From IMG/VR virus record IMGVR_UViG_3300030060_007200: a stretch of DNA of 64,000 nt; one strand, given 5' to 3'. A program made the position numbers and the translations under genes. The stretch's first letter is position 1. Every line of letters begins with the position of its first letter. This document shows positions 10,101 to 19,579 of the stretch, piece after piece. This DNA comes from a virus. The notes beneath the pieces are model-generated. The model worked only from the letters and a program-made list of their open reading frames with translations. It made no database searches and was not told the origin of the DNA.

Positions 10101-11544
10101 ATGATTCCCAACCAAATGACGATAATACATTGTATACAAGGTCTTTTGATAGTCCTTCATATAATGGATTACTACGCTTGTGTATTTGCATTGTGTAGTC
10201 AAGATAATTATATACAGTATCGAAATGGTGAGCTACCATATTTACAAATAATAAATAATTTTTATTATCCTCTCCATCACCTGCCTCTCTAATATGGAAA
10301 GGTATTGTATTTTCTAAATTGTGAGGATTATGTACATCATAATCTAATGCAACTGTTGATTGAGATGCAAACCAATTAACTGCTATAACATCATCTATTT
10401 TTCTATTTGTATATGGTTCAATGTCGTTAGATTTCGGCCACGTTCTTTCTACTCTTGAACCTTCACCCTGGTCAGGTTCGAACGAAGATGATTGAAAATA
10501 AAGATAACTTTCATATCCGTCAAATCCTTGAATAACCTCTTCTTTCTTTATTTTATACGAACCTAAATTTTGTTTTGTATGATAACCTGTATTAGACATT
10601 GCATTTATAGTTGCAATCTGACCATCATAATATTCAATCAGTCCTAATTTATACTTAAAGTTTTCTAATCTTTCTTTTGCAGAGCTAAAATGTACAAAGT
10701 TTTTATAGTTGTAATAATCTATATTTAGATGTGCTTGTTCATAAGCAGAGCCTGATGTGTATTTATTCATCAAGCTTTGTTTTGTTGTAGGGTTAGTACC
10801 TAATATAGAATTCCAAGTTTCCCAACCAGTCTCTCCACCAACACCTTTTGTTATATCCAATGTAAAATTAGGACCAGCAATAGCTTCTCCTACTGCAGGT
10901 TTTTCTTCAGGTATTAGTTTAATCATCTCAGTGTGAGATGTTACAACCTCTTTAACAATCCAAACTTGTTTCTTTAATTGTACGTCGCTAGGAAGAGGTT
11001 TGTATAATTTAAGAAGTATTCCATCATCATCATCTGACTGCCAGTTTGTTATAAGATATACATTGTTATCGCCACAATTAAGTAACAAATCCTGCCAATT
11101 ATCATCTACAAAATCTTCTATATTTTTACTTTGTAGTTCTTCAAACTGTTGTAAAAATTCTTCATCTGCAGAAGTTGTTCGTAATCTAATCTCTGTTCTA
11201 GAATCCGAAATTTCTGCCACATGCAATCCATTGTTTTCATTGTATGAGCCTAATACATCTCTAAAGAAATTATAGTGTACCTTATATAAACCTGAACTAA
11301 AACCTAAGTCCCTTATATCATTATGTATATCTAATTCTACTCTAGGTCTTCTTCTTTTTCTTCCTCTCTTTATATATCTATCAATTCTAAACGTATCGAT
11401 ATCATATTCTGTTGCCAGTAATGTTTCACCACCATATACATGAAGTTCGCACAGGTCAATCTCACCTTGTCCAAAGTTTGTAAACACCTTTTTTGAAGGT
11501 AGATTTTTTAAGTCCTCTATGTCGTATCTTTCTATTCTATCCAT
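7117..11544 (-). CDS. Large baseplate/virion structural protein (gp7-like position)
   Basis: 1475 aa, three genes downstream of the gp6-like gene. LPYLMKTKGGERGIRAL resembles the baseplate wedge KGT motif; central beta-rich LamG-like segment. Confidence 0.6.
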   Translation of the reverse strand: MDRIERYDIEDLKNLPSKKVFTNFGQGEIDLCELHVYGGETLLATEYDIDTFRIDRYIKRGRKRRRPRVELDIHNDIRDLGFSSGLYKVHYNFFRDVLGSYNENNGLHVAEISDSRTEIRLRTTSADEEFLQQFEELQSKNIEDFVDDNWQDLLLNCGDNNVYLITNWQSDDDDGILLKLYKPLPSDVQLKKQVWIVKEVVTSHTEMIKLIPEEKPAVGEAIAGPNFTLDITKGVGGETGWETWNSILGTNPTTKQSLMNKYTSGSAYEQAHLNIDYYNYKNFVHFSSAKERLENFKYKLGLIEYYDGQIATINAMSNTGYHTKQNLGSYKIKKEEVIQGFDGYESYLYFQSSSFEPDQGEGSRVERTWPKSNDIEPYTNRKIDDVIAVNWFASQSTVALDYDVHNPHNLENTIPFHIREAGDGEDNKNYLLFVNMVAHHFDTVYNYLDYTMQIHKRSNPLYEGLSKDLVYNVLSSFGWESYQGFHFTDLWEYALGQNEDGTYANSSQSFAVHISGSGAHVVRSGSVKYITASLDQTKKLNNREDLSRETWKRMLNNLPYLMKTKGGERGIRALTTTYGLPPTLLRIFEYGGPQKAKKTDSYVKYDKFSYSLEFGKDNQTILETPMPRLAVHPYQTVSAGDRAADAIEFRFNTWHPVSQSIFVGYDESGAVNPRTNLRIIPHPSATNPKSAYYKYGRLEYVDINNNVFTNTNVTASTEHLPLYDNDWWTVMICRNKDKANFQAGAQIFELTVAKSPDHSDSRITHTGSFSLSVSNEESYDAITKIQWGSGQLNSSLGNPTQGYTGSLQEIRFWYVPPHQYHFNYWNPNHVNHNATSSDPSPFWNHVRAPLSIEGVSATSSFAQLAARHSLGLDLNRANANFFTSSNWHAAGMINGVVLPSSAPQVNHRYMTSTGDEYQAVNTLYDQYSSLTPSFPHHQTHATASRFYGDVNKDWPTEEERHYTAMPDLVRTREISDKVRIESAKLQGRLSDKMKVERSQFDKAPLDSNRLGVYFAPHFEIDLDIAHELGGADFHNYVGNPLDYRDDEYKRLRVLRNFYWKKHTNPYNFFEFLRILKFIDHTLFRQIEMLIPARANAQVGLLVKANLLERPKVENLQEYVEENHYGGTLDISKYRVTANTTTLGGPFHQWQNPKNLAWSTGSDQAGTKAIQAHTGYQTLESGSSYGVVVTDQSSGEVEAHIDARKHHGHDLDIDGSRYYWDNMVWYVPSSSNGGPLPDNNPNASVVIGGASYENAGDFLSNISDGTLSASIGYGPDTTAQTVPDTYFGFDNLQHRHTSQSVLSADTFKNKQFAFDHPAYGHVRRPVKIARWNDRGNIKYFHHQRASRIYWDYEYHYMGLLNNMSNSGSTGGKFSSVSMSGYPGTELSKGFYRSGIRPVSRSLKRAEHQDYISLAKNNVLYGGCKLVGSDFNMPVTDTIDGGPVVEITDTNPNQLVISTPAAGQSQIQAVNADSSIR

Positions 11545-12817
11545 TGTAAACCGGTATGTTATTATCGCCTTGTATCAAATAAGGATTTTTACTATTTTCA
11601 TTTAATATTTCTATATCTGAAAAATCTCTAGGATATTCCATATCTTCTCTATGGTCATAGTATACATTCGCATTAGGGAATGAATATACATCATTAGAAT
11701 CAGACCAATATACTGTAGGACTATTATTATATTTCCAGTAGCCCATCTTTCTTTGTAGGTTAGATTGTATTGTATTTCCTTTCATAGAATTATCTTTAAT
11801 CCATTTGATTTTTGGATTTATATTCCAAGGTCGTTTTGTTATACCTCGTCCTGACCTAGCCTGTTGTCTTTCGAAAGATCGAGTTTGAGGATTATATCTC
11901 ATCTGCACCCATTGTTCTTCTTCTATAAAATAATCTTTATATGGTCTATTTTTTGGATGTCGTTTATCATATCCTTTTGTAGTACTTATAGGTGTCCACT
12001 CAAATCTTCCTGTAGGAATGTCGTTGTCACTACCTCCCATAATCTCTTTTATTCTTCCGTCTCTATATACATTGACATAGTGAGCAATTGTATTTGTTGT
12101 ACCTTTGTCGTTCTTTACTTCACAGTAATATCTACCAGTAGTCGATCGTTGTACATCATTAAGTACTAGTTTTCTTCCTTTACCTATAACTTTATTTTGT
12201 ACATCTGTATCAAAATTACGTTTTGTGTCTGCTGAAAAATACCAGGTAAATTGCAATAGGTCTCTATTTTTATTTCCTTTTTTATCTATATAGTTATATG
12301 CATTACATACAAATACAATTATTCCATTTGCCCAGCTAGATAATACATGTGTTTCTCCTATGTTATATGCTAGTCTTCTTGCACCTGCAATACCTTTGTC
12401 TGCTTTGTGGTATGTTACGTTTTCATATTCAAACTGGTCAACTATAGGTGTTCCATAATCTGGCTTTGCGGCTTTTGTTAGTTCTGTAAATTTTGTATCA
12501 GAAAATCTTTCTGTAGTGTCTCTATCAAATACATATCTTGCAGATGCTATTTCTAATTTCCACATATCTATATTTTCTCTAGATATAATTACACCAGCAC
12601 CGTTTCTTTCGTTTTCTTTTTTATCAATGTCGAATTCAAATTTTTCTCGTAGTACATAATTTTTATCGCTATGAAAATCATCGCCTTTTATTGATGTTGC
12701 GGCTCTAATAGGACTTACAGGCTTGCCTCTAACAATTATTTGACGTCCAGGAGTTTTAGTAACTCTTGCGTCTCTAACAAACTTTCTTTTATTACTTTTG
12801 TTTTTATTATGTGGCAT
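11537..12817 (-). CDS. Ig-like domain virion protein
   Basis: VFVC..FTWYF..KLVLNDVQRSTTGRYYCEVKN is an Ig I-set signature. Confidence 0.65.
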   Translation of the reverse strand: MPHNKNKSNKRKFVRDARVTKTPGRQIIVRGKPVSPIRAATSIKGDDFHSDKNYVLREKFEFDIDKKENERNGAGVIISRENIDMWKLEIASARYVFDRDTTERFSDTKFTELTKAAKPDYGTPIVDQFEYENVTYHKADKGIAGARRLAYNIGETHVLSSWANGIIVFVCNAYNYIDKKGNKNRDLLQFTWYFSADTKRNFDTDVQNKVIGKGRKLVLNDVQRSTTGRYYCEVKNDKGTTNTIAHYVNVYRDGRIKEIMGGSDNDIPTGRFEWTPISTTKGYDKRHPKNRPYKDYFIEEEQWVQMRYNPQTRSFERQQARSGRGITKRPWNINPKIKWIKDNSMKGNTIQSNLQRKMGYWKYNNSPTVYWSDSNDVYSFPNANVYYDHREDMEYPRDFSDIEILNENSKNPYLIQGDNNIPVYNG

Positions 12818-13992
12818 TATCTTACAACCTTAAATACATCTTTGATAGGATAGTAACCAATTGTATTTGTACTACTTCCACTTTCAAATAATTTTATTTC
12901 TAATTGATAATATCTTTCAGGACTTAAATTTGTTGAAAATATCTCAAAATAATTACCTTGCGTATCTAGACTTATTTTTGTAAATGTAGTGTCATAAGGT
13001 ATAACGGTTTCTCCTGTTTTAAGGTCTTTAACTGAATAGAATGCTGAACCAGAAGGTAAGTACTTTATTGATAAATCTGCTGATGTATTCGAATATGTTT
13101 TTGTAGGATATTTTTCTCTACCTACAATTCTAAATTTAATTTTTTCACCAAATTTATAACTACCTCTATTGTTTCTTAGATATATAAAAATCCTATCTGG
13201 ATAAGTTGTATCTAATTCTGATAATGATGATGCTGTCCATTTAGAATCATCCCAACAAAACTCTAATCTAGGTTGATATATTGTATGAGTATCAGATGAG
13301 TAAAATGAGAACGAGCCTAATTTTGAATTATCAACCTCAGCTCCTGTATCTCTTTTAATCATAAACCCTTGATTTGTTATTTTTGTAAGCCCGTTTACTC
13401 CGGCAGATGCCGTCATTTTTGCAATCCAATATGATACATCAAATTTTATATCTGTTCTTAAAGTATGACCTACATCATATAAATGAAAAGGTGTGTGTGC
13501 AGCAGTACTATCTATTGAGTGAGTTGAACCACCATACTGTATTATATTATCACTGTTTTTCCAAAAATTGCCACCATGCTCATCTAGATAATTCCAACTA
13601 CAACCTTCTGTTGTTATTGGCGTATTACTTCTTCTACCTATACCTGGTGACCATGATTGAGATATAGCCTTTACCTCTAAATAATCTGATGTACCTAATA
13701 ATTTATCTTGATTAGCAGAATAAAATTTTAGAAATGTAGTAGGTGGTGAAAACTCTGTACCATCTGGATTTGTAAATGTATTTAATGTATCTGAGCCGGA
13801 TTTTATAGAATCTGGCAAATCAAATTTAATTAAAAATCTAGAATTAAAAGGTCCAAATCCTAGTGAGCTAGACATCTCTTTTTTAATTTCAAGTATCTCA
13901 TCGATTCCTGTATTTGCGCTTGCAGAAAACACTCCATCTTTTACCTTTTCGTAAAGTGTTGCATCAACTGAAGATGTAATTGAATAAATCAT
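12817..13992 (-). CDS. Virion protein with DNRLRE/CBM96-like N-terminal domain
   Basis: DATLYE..NTGIDEILEI..SRFLIKFDL..FYSSD..PRLEF pattern. Confidence 0.5.
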   Translation of the reverse strand: MIYSITSSVDATLYEKVKDGVFSASANTGIDEILEIKKEMSSSLGFGPFNSRFLIKFDLPDSIKSGSDTLNTFTNPDGTEFSPPTTFLKFYSANQDKLLGTSDYLEVKAISQSWSPGIGRRSNTPITTEGCSWNYLDEHGGNFWKNSDNIIQYGGSTHSIDSTAAHTPFHLYDVGHTLRTDIKFDVSYWIAKMTASAGVNGLTKITNQGFMIKRDTGAEVDNSKLGSFSFYSSDTHTIYQPRLEFCWDDSKWTASSLSELDTTYPDRIFIYLRNNRGSYKFGEKIKFRIVGREKYPTKTYSNTSADLSIKYLPSGSAFYSVKDLKTGETVIPYDTTFTKISLDTQGNYFEIFSTNLSPERYYQLEIKLFESGSSTNTIGYYPIKDVFKVVR

Positions 13993-13994
13993 TT

Positions 13995-15920
13995 TTAGTA
14001 CCCTACAATTCTACCTTTAATATCGGTGTCTAAATTTTTAACTTCAAATATACATGGGTCCATTGAAGGATATACAACTCCGTCCCTCGTAGCGCCTTTT
14101 ATATCATATATGTTTCCACTATAACCTGATTCTCTATCAAAAAGATTAAATATTCTCAAGCTTTTAACAGTTTGTACTCCTTCTACTTTATCTAATTCTG
14201 TAGCTATTTTAGGAAGTATTATTGGTTCGTTTATTGACCAGTTATCCGGGTCAAATATACATCGTAATTTTTTAATGCATCGAAGCAACACATCTTTATT
14301 TTGATAACCTGGTCTAGGTAAAACACCAAAATCTACACCTATGTTTATTATGTGTGCGTCTTTAATGTTTATTGCATCAGTTAACATTCTATATTGAGAA
14401 AGATATGTTTGCATATTCTTCTTTGCCAACGGTGTTAAAGGTACATAATTTTTATTATCATTATATGCCAATGCGTATAGGTTAATAGCAAGAGGATTTT
14501 TTATTTCATGAGTACCTACAGTCTGAATCCAATACTGCTCATCTTTATCTAAATATGCCTTAGCTATAGAACCGAATTTTGCTGGCATCGCATATATTCT
14601 TGCAATATAATCTTCTCTTGTTACAGCTCTGTTTTGAGATGCGAAGTGAGCAAGTGCATTATATTTTATATCGTCTGTTGTTTCAGCAGAACGACCTCCT
14701 ACTGCAGGTTTTAGATTTATTGTAGCAAGGGACTCTTTAACTGTTTTTACAGTTGATGATGGCAACCCATCTTCTTCTAAAAACACTGAGCTTTCTATAA
14801 TTGTATCTATTGTTCTTGCAGCTACATTTGATATTATTCCACCACCTGCAATATATTTTATTGTCAATGTTGTATCTCTAGGTGCTTCACCATATTGTCT
14901 TGTAAACATTGTGTTTGCCGGGTCAAAAGCTATATCAACATAAGTTGTACCGTTCATATAGTTCTGTGTAGTATTACCATAAGGTAAAGCAAGACCTACG
15001 TTTGAAGGACTAGGAACGATTACCTCATCCGGCTGAGAAGAAACACCAGAACCAAACCACAGCTGTGTCATGTTATTTGCTTTTGTGTGAGTTGTAAATC
15101 TACGAGCAGTCCTTCTTAATTTAAGAATATAAGGTGCGTCATAATTATAAGCAGACATTGACGGGTCAGATGTCCAATTATTTATTACGTCTTCAAATAT
15201 ATTATCCTGTGCAAGGTAGTCAACCTCGTACCATTTATTGCCATCGCTATCTCTACAATCAACTATTGCAACAACATCATCTTTTGCAAGTGTTATTTTA
15301 TCGAATTTTTTAGGGTCAGTAAATACAAATTCTTCTGTTTCAATTTTACCTGCCATAGCACTTACTTCTTTCTTAAGAAGATAATATGTAGGTTCTCCTG
15401 TCGTGTCATCAATTTGGTATACTGATATTTCTGTTGGATTTGCAGAACTACTTGCCTTGAAGTCTACCTTGTCTTGTGTAATAAATTCAGAATCACCTCC
15501 ACTTAATACCATACCTTCTGCAACTTCCATTGCATATCTCATATCTGGTTTTACAACACCACCTCCTGGAAATATTGCAGGTACAATTTGATATACAGAT
15601 ATTTCTGCCAATGAAGGTACAGATGCATTTGTTTTATATCCAAGAGCTCTAGCTAAATCTACAACATTTGCTCTTTCTTCTGCATGCATTAACATGCTTT
15701 CTTTAAGTTGGTCATCGACGTAATATGATAAAGAGTCACCAACATAAGATGCCATTTCTATAAACATCATACCTGGTGATGATTCGTTAAAATCGTTATA
15801 TGTTTCAGGGAAATAAGATTTTGCAAACTTTATTAAATCATTTCTAAAGCCACTAAAATCTTTATTAAGATACTTTATATCCTTTACCTGTCTTTTATCT
15901 AAATTACAATCATTTGCCAT
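13995..15920 (-). CDS. Baseplate wedge subunit (T4 gp6/baseplate J-like)
   Basis: DF..SSPGMMFIEMASYVGD, LARALGY, FGSG, AVGGRSAET and QNRAVTREDY motifs. Confidence 0.92.
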   Translation of the reverse strand: MANDCNLDKRQVKDIKYLNKDFSGFRNDLIKFAKSYFPETYNDFNESSPGMMFIEMASYVGDSLSYYVDDQLKESMLMHAEERANVVDLARALGYKTNASVPSLAEISVYQIVPAIFPGGGVVKPDMRYAMEVAEGMVLSGGDSEFITQDKVDFKASSSANPTEISVYQIDDTTGEPTYYLLKKEVSAMAGKIETEEFVFTDPKKFDKITLAKDDVVAIVDCRDSDGNKWYEVDYLAQDNIFEDVINNWTSDPSMSAYNYDAPYILKLRRTARRFTTHTKANNMTQLWFGSGVSSQPDEVIVPSPSNVGLALPYGNTTQNYMNGTTYVDIAFDPANTMFTRQYGEAPRDTTLTIKYIAGGGIISNVAARTIDTIIESSVFLEEDGLPSSTVKTVKESLATINLKPAVGGRSAETTDDIKYNALAHFASQNRAVTREDYIARIYAMPAKFGSIAKAYLDKDEQYWIQTVGTHEIKNPLAINLYALAYNDNKNYVPLTPLAKKNMQTYLSQYRMLTDAINIKDAHIINIGVDFGVLPRPGYQNKDVLLRCIKKLRCIFDPDNWSINEPIILPKIATELDKVEGVQTVKSLRIFNLFDRESGYSGNIYDIKGATRDGVVYPSMDPCIFEVKNLDTDIKGRIVGY

Positions 15921-16444
15921 TATAAGTCACCTATTTCTAATGCAATTGTTTGAGTGTCCATAGCATTACCTTTGAACATCGACCAATCTATTTTTATATT
16001 CATTCTGTTACCATTTGTAGGAGGTTGTTCTACATTAACAGACTTTAGGTCTACATAAGGAAGCCATATAGCTACCTGCTCCTTAATCAATTCTTCTAAA
16101 CCTTCTCTTAAATCTGGTGTATTATTTTCAAAAAGAGATTTCCATACATCGCAACCAAATTGAGGATGCATAGGTCTTTCACCTCTGTTTGTAAGTACAA
16201 GATTTATTAGATTAGATTTTGTTTGCTCTACTGTTGTATAAGATTGTTGAAAATCACCTCCATCTTTACCTTTACTACTTTCGTTTCTAGGTATTACAGC
16301 CGTGTTACTTCCAGAAGGTGCCAATATTTCATAGCTATATCTTCTTTCAGCACTTGCATTATTTGTAAGAGGTAGTGTTAAACCTATTGCTACATCTCTT
16401 TCAAAATCAAGCGGGTTGTATTTATATTGAGGTCTTTTTCTCAT
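15920..16444 (-). CDS. Baseplate gp25-like protein
   Basis: NLINLVLTNRGERPMHPQFGC..LFE motif. Confidence 0.92.
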   Translation of the reverse strand: MRKRPQYKYNPLDFERDVAIGLTLPLTNNASAERRYSYEILAPSGSNTAVIPRNESSKGKDGGDFQQSYTTVEQTKSNLINLVLTNRGERPMHPQFGCDVWKSLFENNTPDLREGLEELIKEQVAIWLPYVDLKSVNVEQPPTNGNRMNIKIDWSMFKGNAMDTQTIALEIGDL

Positions 16445-16836
16445 TACTTAAATCTTTTTACTAACTCTGAATAATCTCTTGTTAATGCTTTATCTAAACC
16501 ATCACCTAAATTAGATACGTCTACAGGTCTGTTGTTTATATCTGTCATTTGAGTTGCAGGACTTGCATTACCTTGCATTGCCATAAATTGACTTCTCATG
16601 TCACTCTTAAAATTACCCATTGTAGGATAATCTTCAAATTCACCTATTGATGTATCGTTTAATACCTCGTTTAGCATAGGGTTGTTAGTGTAATTTTTTG
16701 TAACCTTTTTTGCTTTTGTTTTTGATACCTGCTTCTCCATCACATTCATCGCCTCATTAAGCTCTCGCTTAACTTGACTTTTTATTTCAATTTTTACAAC
16801 CTCTCGAATAAGTTTTACCAATTCTTTTTTTGTCAT
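16444..16836 (-). CDS. Hypothetical late protein with LIRE/LNE putative cleavage motifs
   Basis: Start moved to ATG at 16836 (AAGGAG RBS and late motif upstream); MTKKELVKLIRE..ELNE..MLNE. Confidence 0.6.
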   Translation of the reverse strand: MTKKELVKLIREVVKIEIKSQVKRELNEAMNVMEKQVSKTKAKKVTKNYTNNPMLNEVLNDTSIGEFEDYPTMGNFKSDMRSQFMAMQGNASPATQMTDINNRPVDVSNLGDGLDKALTRDYSELVKRFK

Positions 16837-16882
16837 GTGTACACTCCTTAGCTTTATATATAAATATCTTAAAGAATTGTTT

Positions 16883-17365
16883 TTACACCCAAGGACCGGT
16901 TGCACCGTTAGATGTTTGTGTCCAAGTACCTTGTTGTAACCAGTTTGCTATTACCTGTCCACAATTCATAGCCCATTGTGTATGAGGCAAACCACCCATT
17001 CCTGATGGGAATGTATTTTCTATAGGGCATTGAGTTGGTGGTATTGCTGCAAATGCAGGTAAACAACCTGGTGCGTATGTAGCATAGAATGCGTCTATAC
17101 CTGCCTTTATTATATTACCTTGTGTATCGGCAACATGACTTGTTCCGGATATTACACCAAACGCTGCTGCTTCTGCAGCTGCTATTGTTGCTGATGGTGG
17201 AAATATAGAAGGCGACGCAAGTTTTAGAGATTCTGCCCAAGCTTTTGCAGTTCCTGGTGAAGCCACACCTGATACGTCTCCAGCTGGAGGACCTTGAAAC
17301 AAAGGTGATTCGGCATCAAAATATTTTGCCATGTTGTTTGCAAATATCGGCACTAAAAAAGGCAT
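16883..17365 (-). CDS. Hypothetical Ala/Gly/Pro-rich protein, possible spike-associated structural protein
   Basis: Translationally coupled to the gp5-like gene. Confidence 0.45.
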   Translation of the reverse strand: MPFLVPIFANNMAKYFDAESPLFQGPPAGDVSGVASPGTAKAWAESLKLASPSIFPPSATIAAAEAAAFGVISGTSHVADTQGNIIKAGIDAFYATYAPGCLPAFAAIPPTQCPIENTFPSGMGGLPHTQWAMNCGQVIANWLQQGTWTQTSNGATGPWV

Positions 17366-18405
17366 TATTGTTTCATCAGCTCCATTTGTCCTTTAAGTAA
17401 TGTGTATATCGGTGCTTGAACTGGAGGTCCTGATAGACCACATGATGTTGGATGCGTTTCCTGAGCCAGCTGTGTTAACATTTCCAAAACAATATCTGCA
17501 AGTGCACTAACATTTAATTTCCAGGTTGCAGTAGAAAGACCTATTTCTTTTTTCGCTGAAAGTATTATATTTTCATTTTTTGCATTAAATATAAGTCTGT
17601 CTGAATTTATTATTACCTGAGATTTTCCCATATATGCATTTATTGGTAACATAGGTATTGCAGGTCCTGTAGGTACTGGTACTGTTTGAGCTGCAGGTGC
17701 GTTTGCAGGCTTTAGGTCTATTTTTTGTTTACTTGTTAATAGTACTGTAGAGTCATTGTCGTTAACATCTTCTATATGAGTATCACCTGTGTCAGCATGT
17801 CCATTTGTTATATACATTATAGGGTCACCATCAGCAGAACCTATTGACCATGTATTACCAGGCTTACCTAAAAGCTGAGTAGAGCCTAGTCTTATACTAT
17901 TATCAAACCTACCTTGTATTATTGTATCACCTTCATAATGCTGTACAGGCTTTATATCTTTTTCTGGAAATGTTTCACCTAATACATCATTGGTAAATTC
18001 AGTATTGTTAAACGCCATATTAGGTACCGCGTTGACATTTGTGTCACCAAACATCTGTATAGTATCAACCCAATAAAATTGAGTCTGTCCAGGTCTTATC
18101 TGACCACCTAATGAAGGACCTCTTACCAAAAGTACAATCTCTCCTTTAAGAGGATATGAAGCTATATTTTTATTTAGAGGCGGAATCCAAGCACCTATCT
18201 CTTCCAAATTTTGTGTAGGTCTTTGTCTGTCTTCTCCCAAAAACTTAACCTTAACATATCCTATTTCAGCACCTCCAAATTCCGAGTAAAGCCATTCGTG
18301 AGAATCGTTCATTACAACATCTACAACCTCACCTGCTGATACAAGAGTGTTTGCATTAGAATCATTATTTGTAAAACTTGCTGCTCTTCCTTTATTTCCA
18401 AACAT
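17365..18405 (-). CDS. Baseplate hub/central spike protein (gp5-like, no lysozyme domain)
   Basis: OB-fold-like N-terminus (YPLKGEIVLLV), GDTIIQGRFDNSIRLG, and C-terminal THPTSCGLSGPP. Confidence 0.65.
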   Translation of the reverse strand: MFGNKGRAASFTNNDSNANTLVSAGEVVDVVMNDSHEWLYSEFGGAEIGYVKVKFLGEDRQRPTQNLEEIGAWIPPLNKNIASYPLKGEIVLLVRGPSLGGQIRPGQTQFYWVDTIQMFGDTNVNAVPNMAFNNTEFTNDVLGETFPEKDIKPVQHYEGDTIIQGRFDNSIRLGSTQLLGKPGNTWSIGSADGDPIMYITNGHADTGDTHIEDVNDNDSTVLLTSKQKIDLKPANAPAAQTVPVPTGPAIPMLPINAYMGKSQVIINSDRLIFNAKNENIILSAKKEIGLSTATWKLNVSALADIVLEMLTQLAQETHPTSCGLSGPPVQAPIYTLLKGQMELMKQ

Positions 18406-18743
18406 TATTTATTGTCCTCTAAATCTTGTACAGAATCTAATAACTGTCTTTTTTCCGCCTCAGTTAATAAACCTTCTGTGTTATTACCAGTATCTCTTGT
18501 CATTGCTCTTTGTACAATTGCTGCCATTTTAATTAAATGCTCATCATTTTTTACACTGACTTCTAAATATTCTTTTATTATAGGTACAAGTATTGTTGCG
18601 TCTCCCATGTTTTTAATCATAGGCTGTAATTGTAATATAAGGTCATTTATCTGCTTTTCTTTTTTAGCAGAATTGTCGTATATATCTTTCAGTAAACCTT
18701 CAAAAGATTTACCTTCAAATATTTCGTCTTCGTTTATTGCCAT
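18405..18743 (-). CDS. Hypothetical helical protein
   Basis: Intact ORF with AGGAG RBS and late motif upstream. Confidence 0.7.
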   Translation of the reverse strand: MAINEDEIFEGKSFEGLLKDIYDNSAKKEKQINDLILQLQPMIKNMGDATILVPIIKEYLEVSVKNDEHLIKMAAIVQRAMTRDTGNNTEGLLTEAEKRQLLDSVQDLEDNK

Positions 18744-18773
18744 GCTAACACTCCTATTTATATATAAATATAC

Positions 18774-18806
18774 AAAAGAAAAAACCTGGAGCTTTCACCC
18801 CAGGCT
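18774..18806 (-). terminator. Rho-independent terminator
   Basis: GCCTGGGGT-GAAA-GCTCCAGGT followed by TTTTTCTTTT. Confidence 0.85.
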
Positions 18807-18832
18807 TCTTATTATATAACAATTGTAATTAC

Positions 18833-19057
18833 TTACTTCTTAATAAAGAATGACATCACAACTACTAATACTATCAATCCTACAAATCCACCATTACCTA
18901 GTGAATTTACAAGTGCAGTTAAATTAGCAATTACGTCCATTCCAAATACAGTACCGCCAGTTAAGACAGTCCATAGGATTGTTACAGGAAGAACTGCCAT
19001 CATGATTGATAGAAGTCCACCGAAAAATCCATTTACGTATTTGATTGCTGAATCCAT
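18833..19057 (-). CDS. Small membrane protein (two or more TM segments)
   Basis: Hydrophobic throughout; AAGGAG RBS before the ATG at 19057. Confidence 0.7.
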   Translation of the reverse strand: MDSAIKYVNGFFGGLLSIMMAVLPVTILWTVLTGGTVFGMDVIANLTALVNSLGNGGFVGLIVLVVVMSFFIKK

Positions 19058-19129
19058 AATTCTCTCCTTGTTTTTAATTTTGTTTTGTGGCATTATTGCC
19101 AGCGCGCATTTTTGTTAATTTCTAGTTAA

Positions 19130-19540
19130 TTAAAATTTAAGACCAAATCCTAAAGTAAGATTTGTAGTCTTAAGACCTGTATTGTATACAACTTTAGGGT
19201 CAACATAAATACCCTTATGAATTGTAAATAATTTACCTGCACCGATTGCCATATTATCAGTACTTAAACCATCAGTCGCTACGTAAGCGAAATATCCTTT
19301 CCAGAAATATCTTGCATGAAAGTCTAACTCCATGTCAACTGTTGAGTCTGCTTGAGCAACTGAACAACCTATCATTAGATTTTCGGTTACACCATACCCT
19401 ACAGTAGGGCTAACTGACCATTCAGTCCAAGCAACGTTTGCAACATCACCAGTACCTACGTACCAGTCACCTTTGTTTTGCGCTTGAGATGCGAAAGCAA
19501 ATCCACATACTAAAGCGATTGTTAAAATTAAATTTTTCAT
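19130..19540 (-). CDS. Small outer-membrane beta-barrel protein
   Basis: Signal peptide ASQA|Q, alternating strands and C-terminal LGFGLKF (BAM-type terminal Phe). Confidence 0.8.
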   Translation of the reverse strand: MKNLILTIALVCGFAFASQAQNKGDWYVGTGDVANVAWTEWSVSPTVGYGVTENLMIGCSVAQADSTVDMELDFHARYFWKGYFAYVATDGLSTDNMAIGAGKLFTIHKGIYVDPKVVYNTGLKTTNLTLGFGLKF

Positions 19541-19579
19541 ATTAAATTCTCCTTCTTGTTTTGGTTAGCTGCGCGCTAT

